From the human T2T-CHM13v2.0 reference genome, Homo sapiens: 64,000 nucleotides of DNA. Within the stretch, counting starts at the first letter, position 1; the number at the start of each line of letters is the position of its first letter. The stretch is taken from NCBI RefSeq assembly GCF_009914755.1, contig NC_060944.1. One strand, 5' to 3'. The position numbers and the translations under genes are program-made. The notes below the pieces were generated by a model. The model was given only the letters and a program-made list of their open reading frames with translations, was not told where the DNA came from and ran no database searches. Below, one piece after another: positions 11,875-24,000 of this stretch.

Positions 11875-13587
11875 TTTTTTTCTTTTTCCTTTTTTTATTA
11901 TACTTTAATAATAAATACTTTAATACTGGGATACATGTGCAGAATGTGCAGGTTTGTTACATAGGTATACACGTGTCATCGTGATTTGCTGTACCCATCA
12001 ACCCATCATCTACATTAGGTATTTCTCCTAATGCTATCCCTCCTCTAGCCTCCAACCCCCTGGCTGGCTGTGGTGTGTGATGTTCCCATCAATGTGTCCA
12101 TGTGTTTTCATTATTCAACTCCCACTTATGAGTGAGAACATGTGGTGTTTGGTTTTCTGTTCTTGTGTTAGTTTGCTGAGAATGACGGTTTCCAGCTTAA
12201 TCCATGTCCCTGCAAAGGACATGAACTCATCCTTTTTTATAGCTGCATAGTATTCCATGGTGTATTTATGCCACATTTTCTTTATCCAATCTATCATTGA
12301 TGGGCATTTGGGTTGACTCCAAGTCTTTGCTACTGGGAACAGTGCTGTGACAAACATACGTGTGCATATGTCTTTATAGTAGAATGATTTATAGTCCTTT
12401 GGGTATATATCCAGTAATGGGATTTCTGGGTCAAATGGTATTTCTGGTTCTAGATCCTTGAGGAATCGCCACACTGTCTTCCACAATGGTTGAACTAATT
12501 TACACTGCCACCAACAGTGTAAAAGGTTTCCCATTTCTCCACATCCTCTCCAGCATCTATTGTTTCCTGACTTTTTAATGATCACCATTCTAACTGGTGT
12601 GAGATGGTACCTCATTGTGGTTTTGATTTGCATCTCTCTAATGACCAGTGATGATGAGCTTTTTTTCATAAGTTTTTTGGCCCCATAAATGTCTTCTTTT
12701 GAGAAGTGTCTGTTCATATCCTTTACCCACTTATTGATGGGTTGTTTGTTTTTTTTCTTGTAAATTTGCTTAAGTTCTTTGTAGATTCTGGATATTAGTC
12801 CTATGTAGATTCTGGATATTAGTCCTTTGTCAGATGAATAGATTGCAAAAATTTTCTCCCATTCTGTAGGTTGCCTTTTCACTCTGATGGTGGTTTCTTT
12901 TGCTGTGCAGTAGCTCTTTAGCTTAATTCGATCCCATTTGTGCATTTTGGCTTTTGCTGCCATTGCTTTTGGTGTTTTAGTCATGAAGTCTTTGCCCATT
13001 CCTATGTCCTGAATAGTATTGCCTAGGTTTTCTTCTAGGGTTTTTCTTGTTTTAGGTCTTACGTTTAAGTCTTTAATCCATCTTGAGTTAATTTACGTGT
13101 AAGGTGTAAGGAAGGGGTCCAGTTTCAGTTTTCCACATATGGTTAGCCAGTTTTCCCAATACCATTTATTAAATAGGGAATCCTTTCCCCATTTCTTGTT
13201 TTTGTCAGGTTTGTCAAAGATCAGATGGTTGTAGATGTGTGGTGTTACTTCTGAGGCGTCTGTTCCATTGGTCTATATATCTGTTTTGGTACCAGTACCA
13301 TGTTGTTTTGGTTACTGTAGACTTGTAGTGTAGTTTGAAGTCAGGTAGCATGATGCCTCCAGCTTTGTTCTTTTTGCTTAGGAATGTCTTGGCTATATGG
13401 GCTCTTTTTTGGTTCCATATGAAATTTAAAGTAGTTTTTTTCTAATTCTGTGAAGAAAGTCAGTGGTAGCTTGATGGGGATACTATTGAATCTATAAATT
13501 ACTTTGGGCAGTATGACTATTTTCACAATATTCACTCTTCCTATCCATGAGCATAGAATGTTTTTCCATTTGTTTGTGTTCTCTCAT
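11875..13587 (-). mobile_element. 5'-truncated L1PA7-like element; ORF2 C-terminal 294-aa open frame at 12115-12999
   Basis: L1PA 3' UTR CTGGGATACATGTGCAGAATG; translation contains CWRGCGE...LLHCWW and ends HMFSLISGS; whole insertion flanked by TSD AGTAAATTGC at 11751-11760 and 13588-13597. Confidence 0.95.
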
Positions 13588-15894
13588 AGTAAATTGCTTT
13601 CTTACATACATATCAGCAATAAATAAGTAGAATTTGAAATTTTAAAAAATCATTTATATTAGCGCTCAAAATGAAGTACTTAGATATAAATCTAACAAAA
13701 TATGTACAAGAACTATACTAGGAAAATGACAAAACTCTGATGAAATAAATATTAAAATATAAAAAAATAAAAAATATAAAAAAGAATGTTCATAAATAGA
13801 CTAAATTGTCAATATTTCAGTTCTTCTCAATTTAAACTATATATCCAATGCAATCCTAATCAAAATCCAGCAAATTATTTTATAAATATTGGAAAACTAA
13901 TTATAAAGTTTATATGGAGAGGCAAGAGACACAGAATAGCCAATACATATTGAAGGATAAGAACAACACTGGGGAATTGATACTACTTTCCTTCAAGTCC
14001 ACTATAAAGCCACAGTAATAAAGATAGTGTGGTATTGTTGAAAGAATAGTCAAATAATAGATTAATGGAACCAAATACAGAGCCTAGAAATAGACCCACA
14101 TACATGCTGTCAACTGACCTTTGACAAAGAAGCAAAAGCAATACAATGGAGCAAAAACAGTCTTTTCCACAAGTGGTGCTGAAACAACTGGACATCCACA
14201 CGCAAAACCATGAATCTAGATACAGACCTTACACCATTTACAAAAAGTAACTCAAAATGGATTATTGACATAAATGTAAAATGCAAAGCTATAAAACTCC
14301 TAGAAGACAGCATATGAGAACATCTCGATGAGCTTGGATATGGCAATTACTTTTTAGATATAACACAAAGAAAGAAAAAAGTTGAACCCCATTAAAATTA
14401 AAAACGTCTGCTCTGTGAAACACACAGTTAAGAGAATGTGAAGACATGCCACAGACTGGGAGAAATATTTAAAGAACTGCTATTCAAAATATACAAAGAA
14501 CTCTTAAAAGTCAATAGAAAAAAACGAACAACCCAAATAAAAAGTAGGCTGAAGACCTGAATGAACACTTCACCAAATAAGGTACAAAGATGATACACAA
14601 ATGGGCATATGAAAAGGTTTTCAACACCCTATGTCAGCAAAGAATTAAATATTAAAACAATGACATACTACTACATACTTATTGGAAAGGCTCAAATTCA
14701 GAACACTGACAACATATCAAATTCTGGTGAGCCTGTGTAGCAACAGAAACTCTCATTCATTGCTGGGGGGAGGGCAGAAAGGTCCAGCCACCTTGGAAGA
14801 CAGCTTGGAAGTTTTTTACAAAATTAAACATGCTTTAACCATATGATCCAGCAATTGTACTTTTTAGTGTTTTCCCAAAGGAGCTGAAAAGTTAATATCC
14901 ACGCAAATATCTGTGTGCAGATGTGTGGATATTGACTTTTATTCATAGTTATCAAAACTTGGCTTTATTCATAGTTGCCCAAACTTGGAAGCAACCCAGA
15001 TGTCCTTCAGTAGATGAATGGGTAAATAAACTATGGAACATCCAGACAACAGAATATTGTTTAGCACTAAAAAGAAACGAGCTATCAGGCCGTGAAAATA
15101 CATTTAAGTAACTTAAATGCATATTACTAAGTGAAAGAAGACAATCTGAAAAGGCTGTATACTGTATAATTCCAGCTATATGACATTCCGGAAAAGGCAA
15201 AACCACAGAGACAGTGAAATGACGAATGGTTACCAGAGACTTAGGGGAGGGAGAGAAAGATGAATGATGGAGCACAGAGCATTTTTTAGGGCAGTGAAAC
15301 AACTCTGTATGATACTGGAGTGGCAGATACATGTCACTATGCATTTGTCAGAATGCTACAGCACCGAAAGTGAGCCCTAAGGTAACCTGTGGACTGGGTG
15401 GTAGTGATGTGTCAACATAGGCTTATCAGTTACAGCAAATGCGCTGCTCTGGCGGGGGACGTAGATAATGGCAGAGGCTGTGAGTGAGGGGGCGGGAGAT
15501 ACATAGAAAACCTCTGTATCTTCCTCTCAATTTAGCTGTAAACGTAAACCTATTATTTAAAAAGTCTTTAATGAATAGTATTTGTAACAGCTAAAAAACC
15601 CTCTCTGCCACTGAGCAGTATTTCCTTTTACCTACAGCAGCCATTCTGAGGTCTGGCCTCAAGGCCCAACCTGTCCAGCTCATCTCAGATTGTATTATCC
15701 TTCGCCTCACTGGGTTTCCTTGGTCATCTCAGCATTTGCGGTGCCCGCAGTGTCTTTCCTGGTTTCCCTCCAGGGTTCTTCCTTGCTTGGAAAGCTTGAT
15801 TCCACTTGCACCATCCTGATTCTGCTTATCCTTCAATGGTAACTCTCACATGACATTTGTTCCAACAATGCTGTGACTCTGTTTTATATCATGG

Positions 15895-16555
15895 CTCTCC
15901 TTCCCTGTCCTCCCTCCCTCCCTCCCTCCCTCTCTGCCTTCCTTCCTTCCTTCTCTCCTTCCCTCCCTTTCTTCTCTCTTTCTCTTCTTCCTTCTTTCCT
16001 TCTTCCTCCCTTCCTTCTTCCCTCCATTCTTTCCTTTCTTCCTTCCCTGTTTCCTTCCCTCCTTCTTCCTCCCTTCCTTCCTCCCTTCCTCCCTCTCCCT
16101 CCCTCCCTTCCTTCCTTTCTTCTCTCCTTCCCTCCTTCCTTTTTACTTCTTTCTCCCTTCCTTCTTCCCTCCATTCTTTCCTTTCTTTCTTCTTTCCCTC
16201 CTCTTCCTCCATTCCTTTCTCCTTTCCTCTCTCCCTCTATCCCTCTCTCCCTCCCTCCTTCTCTCCCTCCCTACACTCTCCCTCCCTCCCTCTCTCCCTC
16301 CCTCTATTCTTTCCTTCCTTTCTTCCTCTCTTCTTTCTCTCTTTCCCTCCTTCCTTTCCTCTCTCCTTGCCTCCTTTCTTCTTTCCTTCTTACTCCCTTC
16401 CTTCTTCCCTCCATTCTTTCCTTTCTTTCTTCCTTCCTTCCTTCTTCTTTCCTTCCTCCCTCCCCACTTCTTTGCTTTCTTCCTTTCATTTTTCCTTCCC
16501 TCCCTCTCTCCCTTTCTTCCTTTTGTTCTTTCTTTCTTCTATTCTACCTACCTTC
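15895..16555. repeat. ~660 bp polypyrimidine/polypurine (CCTT/CT)n complex microsatellite
   Basis: Almost exclusively C/T on +; a 35-bp unit recurs at 16006, 16153 and 16393. Confidence 0.97.
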
Positions 16556-17120
16556 AGAAAATGCTAGTTGAGCTCCCAGTGTGGCTAGCACTTTGTCAGA
16601 CACATAAAGACATGGGCAGAGACATAGAGGAGCTCTACCCTTGTGGAGCTTGTGGTCTGGCTGATCTAGGCAGATGTTAAGTACATAAAAGTATAGAATT
16701 ACAAATGGTTATCTGGATGAAGAAAAAATAACAGGTAACGTGAGGTCACAAAACTTGGCCTAGTCTGAAGGTCAGAGTCAATTTCCTGGAGGAAGAGCAG
16801 CTTGAGCTAGGACCTTGAGGAAGCGCATGAATTAAGCACTTGAAAGGGAGGGGAAGGCCTTGAGGAAAGATGATCCCAGCACATTTCTTCAATTCATTCA
16901 TTCAATCATCTGCACATTCATTCCACACAAATCAATGTTCACCATCCTTGAGAAACACTGGAGGGCCTGTGACAAGGCTGAGGCTGATGGAGAGGGAGGC
17001 AGATCCTGCAGGGCCTTGCAGGCTGAGTTTAGGATTAGCGAATAGATAGGACGTGCAGTAGAAAGACACTGCCAGATTTTAAGGGGGTCGTCTCAACACC
17101 AGAAATGTGTTTTGAAACAA
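16555..17120 (-). mobile_element. L2 fragments
   Basis: AAATGCTAGTTGAGCTCCC...CTACCCTTGTGGAGCTTGTGGTCT...TTCCTGGAGGAAG...GGCAGATCCTGCAGGGCCTTG; (TTCA)n tail remnant at ~16888-16910. Confidence 0.65.
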
Positions 17121-17124
17121 CGTT

Positions 17125-17557
17125 ATCTTGGGTTGTGGGTTCCTCAGAAGTAGGCTCTGAAATGGAGAATGCACGTGGAAAGTTTATTAGGATCCTGAGT
17201 CTTAGGATACTGGAATCTTGGGATCAACACCTGTGAAAGGGAAGGTATGGGAAGACAGCAGCATTGGGCAGACAGAGGAGCTGAGCTGTAGTGCAGTCTC
17301 AAGGGGAAGCCCCAGTTGACCCCATGGTATGCGTTGGACCTGGAATGTCCCTTTAAAAGTGTCCCGAGTTAGGATGCAGGGGCTGAACCCCATGTCCATA
17401 AGCCCTTGGATGGAGCTGAGCCTGCAAAACATCTGACCCTGAGCACAGCTCTTTAGCAGGAGCACAGGGGAGGAGGGTGTCTGCAGCAGCACTTCCAGCA
17501 GCTGTGGGAAGAAGCCCTTTTCAAGGGAGATCTAGACGGTGCATCCAGCATCACCAC
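17125..17557 (-). mobile_element. LTR16A-type solo LTR
   Basis: GGGATCAACACCTGTGAAAGGG...GCATTGGGCAGACAGAGGAGCTGAGCTGTAGTGCAGTC...GGAGATCTAGACGGTGCA...CCACA. Confidence 0.8.
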
Positions 17558-18483
17558 AGACACTGGTGTTAAAAATCCACCCTTGCTTGTGTCCTTCCTG
17601 ACCATTTGTTTAGTTGTGGTCACCAGATTCTCATACAACATTTAGTTATTGGCTGGCCTTCCTTCTTTTCCTTCTATTTAAACTTATGTCTCCTCAAGTG
17701 GATGGGCCATATCTTACATTGAACTGTGGAATGCATCCCATGGAATTCAGCCCAAGGCTACTAGATAATTACTTGGTGACAAATACATTCAAGTTCTGAC
17801 CCAGAGCCACAGACTAAGAAAGTAACTGCTTGCAATTACTTGTTGAATGATGGATGAGCAACAAACTTTAGCAATTTTCCAACAAGTGACAGCTTTTTAT
17901 AATATGTTTTTCCTATAAGCTGTAGAGGAAAGAGTTGCTGTATCCTGGGTTGAACCTACCAGGTCCCGTGTTTCCATTTTGTCCTCATCCTTTAGCTCCA
18001 AAATATTCCAGAAACACAGAAAACTTACATTGACTGTATACAGTCATCAGATACAAAGACATATCAGGATCTAAGAACACAGAACATTATTCTGTTGGTC
18101 AATTAATTTAAAATGAAACCTTCCAGAAAATCAACTCTCTTTAAGGAACTGGTAGAGACCACTCCTGTGTCCCTCTACATTTTTTTCAGTCTTTATTAAC
18201 CGGAGTTTCATAGTTCTTCAAACATGCTTTGACAATAGCACATTTCCTTAGTGTCATATTCTAGTTACCTACTCTTGACTTTCTGAGGCTGAGAGTGTTT
18301 CTTTCCCTTGGCCCAGTTCAGTGACTCAGCAGATTACCAGCACATAAGGCCTCAAAAAAACAAGGTCAAAAGAGGCTCCTAGGAGAGGGCAGTGCTGGCT
18401 GCATGTGTCTGGTGTTTACTGTGCTATTTCAGGCCCCTTCAGCCTCTGCCACATGGGTGGGATGGAGGCATTTAAGACAGGAC

Positions 18484-18923
18484 TGCAGTAGATGTAGATA
18501 GTTCTCACCTACATGCCCATTGCCTTCATTGTGTCCACACCTGCAGATGGCTTCTTGCTACAAGAGCCACCAGACCTTCAACCTGCTGGCTTTCCCGGGC
18601 TGCAAGTCCTCTGACCGGCCTGTGTGATGGACTGGCTAAAAGGACCAGAGTTAATGCCTGGGAATAGCCTTTGATCGGTTATGGCTGAAAATAATAATTA
18701 AATATTCAGGTCCCCTGACTGTTGAGTGGGACAACTCTGCAGAGTGTTATGAACATCATAACCCCAGGTCTCCGTGGGATTAAGCTCCAGGTGTCCACAA
18801 TGGCAGCTTGCTTGACCCCACGCTCTCCTGACTTCTCTCTCTCACTTCCCCACTCTCCTGCTGGTGCTTCCTGGAGCTCCCAAACAAACCAGGATCTGCC
18901 TCTGGAGAGCCCAGCCTAAGACA
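18484..18923 (+). mobile_element. LTR16C-type solo LTR
   Basis: GGGACAACTCTG...GGGATTAAGCTCCAG...CTCACTTCCCCACTC...GGTGCTTCCTGG...CCTAAGACA. Confidence 0.8.
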
Positions 18924-19918
18924 GAGGCTGTCTTGATACCTTTACATGGCCTAGAGATTATAACCTGACCCTATCTGTGCAGAAGCCCTTCCATGTCTCA
19001 TCCATAGATGGGAGATGCTTTGTGAAATTCTGTTCTGTGGCTCCAAATGAGTACTCACCCTTCCTTTGAGAAAACAGACAAAATGCAACCCCCATTGTGA
19101 CACCTACCTGTACTCTATGATGTCTTGAGGCATGCACTTACAGAAGGTGCATGGGCATCGTTCTACCTCACCTCTCTAAAAATGCACCTGTGGGCTGCTG
19201 ACTCCATGTTATTATTTTCTAAAGCATAACACAAAGCAATAAGATTACAGTGTTCCATCACCAAAATCCAGCTTACTCATTTCCTGGGCACCATGGTCCC
19301 GGGCATTATGATATGTCTGACTAAGAAAGTATAAGGAGCAAACTTGGAAGAGCCAGAATATTTTGCAAGGGCACCTCTCTAAGCAGCTTACACTTCGGGG
19401 CTGGATAGGGAAAGCTGTTTACAAAGCATTCATGAGAAACCCAGCACTGTATTTCCAGGTTCTGAACCCCAGAATGCTCCACACATATGTAGGGGCTGCC
19501 TGAGTGACAGCTTCACCTGGGGTTGGGCTGGAGGGACCTGGAGCCCCATCAACATGGCCATTTTTGTTGGACATTCTGCTGACCCAGCTCACATGGGCAG
19601 GACTGACAGTGGAAGGTTGGCTTCTTCTCTCATCTTCTGCCAGAAATCTGTCAGGATTTCCTTGCTCTGTAAGTTGAATCTAGATCCTTAGAAAATTCAA
19701 CCTAGATGGAAGGATAAAGGTGCTTTATTTCTGAATAAAAAAAGTTGAAGGGTGATCCAATGACATTTTTCAACAGGGAATACTTATTGTACAGATGGTG
19801 ACCAGCTCTTCCTTTCACTGAGTCAGGGCAGTCATGGGGACTGGGCTTAAACACAGGTTGTCCAGATAGGAGGCTCTGCTGGCCCTGGAATGAGAGCCTA
19901 AGAGATCTATCAGCATTC

Positions 19919-20205
19919 TTTTTTTTTTCTCGGAGTCTTGCTCTGTCGCCCAGGCTGGAGTGCAGTGGTGCGATCTTGGCTCACTGCAACCTCCGCCTCC
20001 TGGGTTCAAGCAATTTTCTGCCTCAGCCTCCCAAGTAGCTTGGATTACAGGTATTTGCCAACTCGCCCAGTGAATTTTTGTATTTTTAGTAAAGACTAGG
20101 TTTCACCATCTTGGCCAGGCTGGTCTTGAACTCCTTACCTCGTGATCCACCCGCCTCAGCCTCCCAAAGTGCTGGGATTACAGGTGTGATCCACCACGCC
20201 CAGCC
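19919..20205 (-). mobile_element. AluSg-type
   Basis: Full dimer with ACCTCGTGATCC diagnostic; TSD AAGAGATCTATCAGCATTC (19900-19918) / AAGAGATCTATCATCTTTC (20206-20224). Confidence 0.97.
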
Positions 20206-20429
20206 AAGAGATCTATCATCTTTCCTAGAGATGTGAGTTGATGAATAAGACTGGTACTTGTCTATCTTTTAGACTTTGGTTAATAGACTGTTCTCCGAGG
20301 TGGACCATAGCATTAAATGGAAGCTTGTTGCACTATCTGGAGAAATGTTTGTCAAATAGAATATTTTAGGGTGTATGTGTATGGGTTAAATTCAGGAAAT
20401 ATGCACCACCATAAATATTTATGAAGCTA

Positions 20430-20489
20430 TTAGGTTAGTGCAAAAGTAAAATAATGGCAAAGACCGCTATTACTTTTGCACGAATCCAA
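20430..20489. mobile_element. MADE1 (Hsmar1-derived MITE), internally deleted
   Basis: TTAGGTTAGTGCAAAAGTAA ... TTACTTTTGCACGAATCCAA inverted termini flanked by TA at both ends. Confidence 0.85.
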
Positions 20490-20864
20490 TATAACTGAAA
20501 CATCCTGTTGTTTTTCCTCTTCTATCTCTGAAACACACCTCCTCTCCATCCTTAGTGACCCCTTCATGGTGATGTCGGTGTGTTTTAATATCTTCAGGAG
20601 TCCCTCTCCTCTCCTAATGGCTTTTTCAACAGCCAGACAGCAAGACCTAAGCAGGGCCAGGCCATCCTTGTAGGCGCCCCTGTGTCCTAGGGTGCCTGAT
20701 AAGTGCTGGCTGCTGTGAGTTACTGAGTAACACCTTGTATTTTGTCAACAATCTGGGTAACAAGCTCACCCAAATTTTAATGAAAACACATTTACAATGT
20801 GTGAATTGTGTTCATTTTTAAAGCTTGAATTGTATCCATTTTAAACCTTATTCTATAGCACAAG

Positions 20865-21025
20865 TAACTGCCACTTTGAGTTGTATAACTTTAGATGGGC
20901 CTTGTGATTTCTGAGCCCAGGAACAAAATGTGTGTAACAGGAGTGATCAGGCTTGCCTAATAACTTTATGAGAATTAAATAAGATAAGGAACATGAAACC
21001 ACTCCATCGAGTATACAGTAGGGGT
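20865..21025 (+). mobile_element. MIR
   Basis: CTGCCACTT...TTTCTGAGCCCAG...TTATGAGAATTAAATAAGATAA. Confidence 0.55.
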
Positions 21026-24000
21026 ATTTTAATTTTACTTTAATTAAAGGAATTAAAATGGGATATGAAATGTATGAAATGAAGTGGATTGCTGCAGAAT
21101 AGCTCTGACAACAGGGACAGGCATGTTTGGGAACACTGTCTCAGTCCCCTCTTCTAGGTCTGCCTCCTGCAAGAGCAACAGCTGGGCTTGGCCGAGGCCA
21201 GACAGGTACTATCCATTACACTTTACTGTTAAGGCTTTTCAACAGCTATTGAAGGAACTGACCCACTGTAATGTCAAGTTTTCAACAACATAGGAAGAAA
21301 ATAAAGAAATGCTAAGGAAAAATTGTTTTTGCTGCTTATAAATAAAAGTACAAATTGATATTAGAAGAAAAATGCTATAATAGATAACGAAAAGCTTTAG
21401 TGAGTATTAAAAAGGAAAAAAAAAACAAGGTGTAAGGAAGAAAGAGCTAGGAGAAAGCAGGCTGAGCTCATCAGGCCTGCTGTGGTAAAGATGTAAAAGT
21501 TTGCCATTTTGAAGAATAAAAATATGACTTTATGGTTTATATCCTGAAATCATATGCTCTATTACACCATCAGTTTCTTTCTCACTGAGATGAGTGCTCT
21601 TTTTCCTTACAATAAGTACATTTTTCTTTTTATTTTTACTAGGATCCAAGACTTCAAAGAAAACCTATAAATTTAATAAAGTTTCTCCTGAAACCTACAA
21701 CAAAGAAAACAATGACAAAGGAATTGCCCACAATTCTGTGACTCCCAGTGAATACCACAGAAGAGATGGCCACACTGGGCTCTGCTACCAGTTTTTAGAA
21801 TCGTGAGACAATGCAGTAGTAGAAAGAAAACTAAGAAAATCAAGTTTCTGGGCTGCTATCTGCCTGTTTCAAGCCTCAGATTTTGCAAATATCTATTTTA
21901 TAGAATCAGCAGAAGCAAGCCAATAATGTCTTTATGCAGTCTACTTGAAAGCAAAAATAACAAAGATGCCAGTCAATACTTTGAAAATGATGTTTATACT
22001 AGCCTGGGACTCATTGTTTGCTATGTTTATTAATACAACTAAACAAGAAATCCTCTCCACTTAAAGGCAGCACAGAGAGGATTTCATGTTGAAGAAATGC
22101 CCACAGTAGTGACAGTACAACTTGCAGAGGACTAAGTCATCTTTTCTCACATGCTGAGTCCTAACACCTAATTATCAGCTAACACCATTTCTGATGTTTT
22201 AGCATAGAAACCTTTATTATCTTAACACTGGATGCTAATAAGACATTGTTAATTTCTAAAACAAACAAACAAACATGGACCTAAAACCTGACTTCCCTAG
22301 GAAATAAAAACCCTTTCCTTGAACACCACAGACTCTACAGAGTACAAAGTGCTAGCAAATCATAAGCATTCCCTTATAAATATCAAGATCAATATTGAAG
22401 TAGCTCAGGATTGTACTTGACAGGATTTGAGCTTTATTGGTGGAATCTTAAGGTCTCCCACAGTGGTTTTTGGTGTTGATAAAGTTGGCATTTATTTATG
22501 ACTTGAGTCCTTGCCTGGGGGCTGCAGTCAGAAGCAGCAGGATTTTGTCTAAAGCCAAAGACTTCCTTCATCCTCAGAAAGGAAGCAAGGAGCTGTTTTT
22601 CCTCTTCTCATTTGTCCTGCAACTGTGAATTTGTCTCTGGGGCTCCGCTCTGTTGACTTTAGAGAAGCTATGCATACACTTGGTCTCATTCTACTCTAAG
22701 ACTAAACTGCAAACACAAACCACTCTATAAATTGGGAGATTAATTTCTTTTGAGAAGGCTCAACTAAAGTACCAAGTCTGCTTGTAGGAATAACCTTTAA
22801 AAATCAAACAAGCAATTTATAAAAGTCAGAAACCATACCCGGAAGGGTCAGTGTTCTGTTTTGTCTTTAATAGAAAATGCCCCGGATCTGGCAGAAAAAA
22901 GCCTTCAAAGGGCTCCCATTATTCCGAGGATGTTTTTATGGCAACATGATCAGCTACATTTCCAAACCTTCATGAAATGATGGCAGGTGGTCTTTCTAAG
23001 TAATCTTCAGCACATTCTCTGTTTGCTGAATTACCAGTAGACCCATGCAAGGGATTTTGGACAAAGAGCCATTTCTCATCTTGAATTACTCAGAAATGGA
23101 AAATAGTACCTTCTGTTCCATTTTTTTCCATCCGTGCCATCATTCACACGTGAAGTCGAGGGAATGCTCACCTGCATGTTTCATGGTGGAGCTAAGGACC
23201 TTGGAGGTTTATTTGCAGCTCCTTAAATAACAAAAACACTGAACCTTTGCAAATAACTCTACAAGCAGCTCACTGCCAAATAGCAGCCACTGCGCTTCTA
23301 AGCAGTGAGATGCGTAGATGATGAGAAGGGGCTTCCCTTGCCCAGAATACCCACCCCAACTGCTGTCTCCCATATGGGGGCCCTTCTGCTTCTGGCTCTC
23401 ATCTTACTTTCCTCCTGTCCCTCCTGCCACTCCTCTCCTCCTTCTCTGTTCTCCCCACTCCACCCCTGATGGCTCTGGAAAGGAGAAGTATCAACACAAG
23501 AGGGCACAGCTGATGGGCAGGGAGAAGGGACTCCTCCTGACACACAGCCATGGGCCTGGAAGATTAAGTCAGGCCCAGAAATACCACCCAGGAGATTGGA
23601 GTGGATTCTACGGGGACTCCCAAATGGGCCCTAACTGAGAATGTCAGAAAACTTGAGTGATCATATCATTTAAAAGGAGTGCCCTTAATAAGTCAACTGG
23701 GGTAATGGTTTCATAAACCTGGGCATCCCTCAGCAAAACAGCACAGACAGGGGCTCCTGGGTGGGAAGGGTATGTGGTATTAGAAAGAGCCCAGATAGGG
23801 GAGCTAGACAGCCTGGCTCTGTCTCTACCTTAGACTCTGAGACTGTTATTGACAAGAAAGAAATGCTGCATGAGATCACAAGAGAAAATTTTAGAGAAGT
23901 GAAACGTAATACAAACACAAGGCACAGCTCTAGAATTTTGCTACAGCCAAAGTCCTGGATAGTAGGGCTGGGAGCAAGGTGGCTGGATGGAGTTGGTTTT

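Larger units (their letters stand above)
11365..15572 (+). mobile_element. L1MC1-type element (RT region to 3' end), interrupted by the insertion at 11761-13587
   Basis: Degenerate ORF2 RT (TTTTCAGATGAC, FADD-like) at 11365-11760 continues collinearly at 13588; 3' UTR GAAAAGGCTGTATACTG...GGGCAGTGAAAC...TAGCTGTAAACGTAAA typical of L1MC1. Confidence 0.85.

Noticed and set aside
15857-16571. 236-aa and 232-aa S/P/L/F-rich ORFs and antisense E/G/R/K-rich ORFs
   Set aside because: Artefacts of the CT microsatellite, which has almost no stop codons
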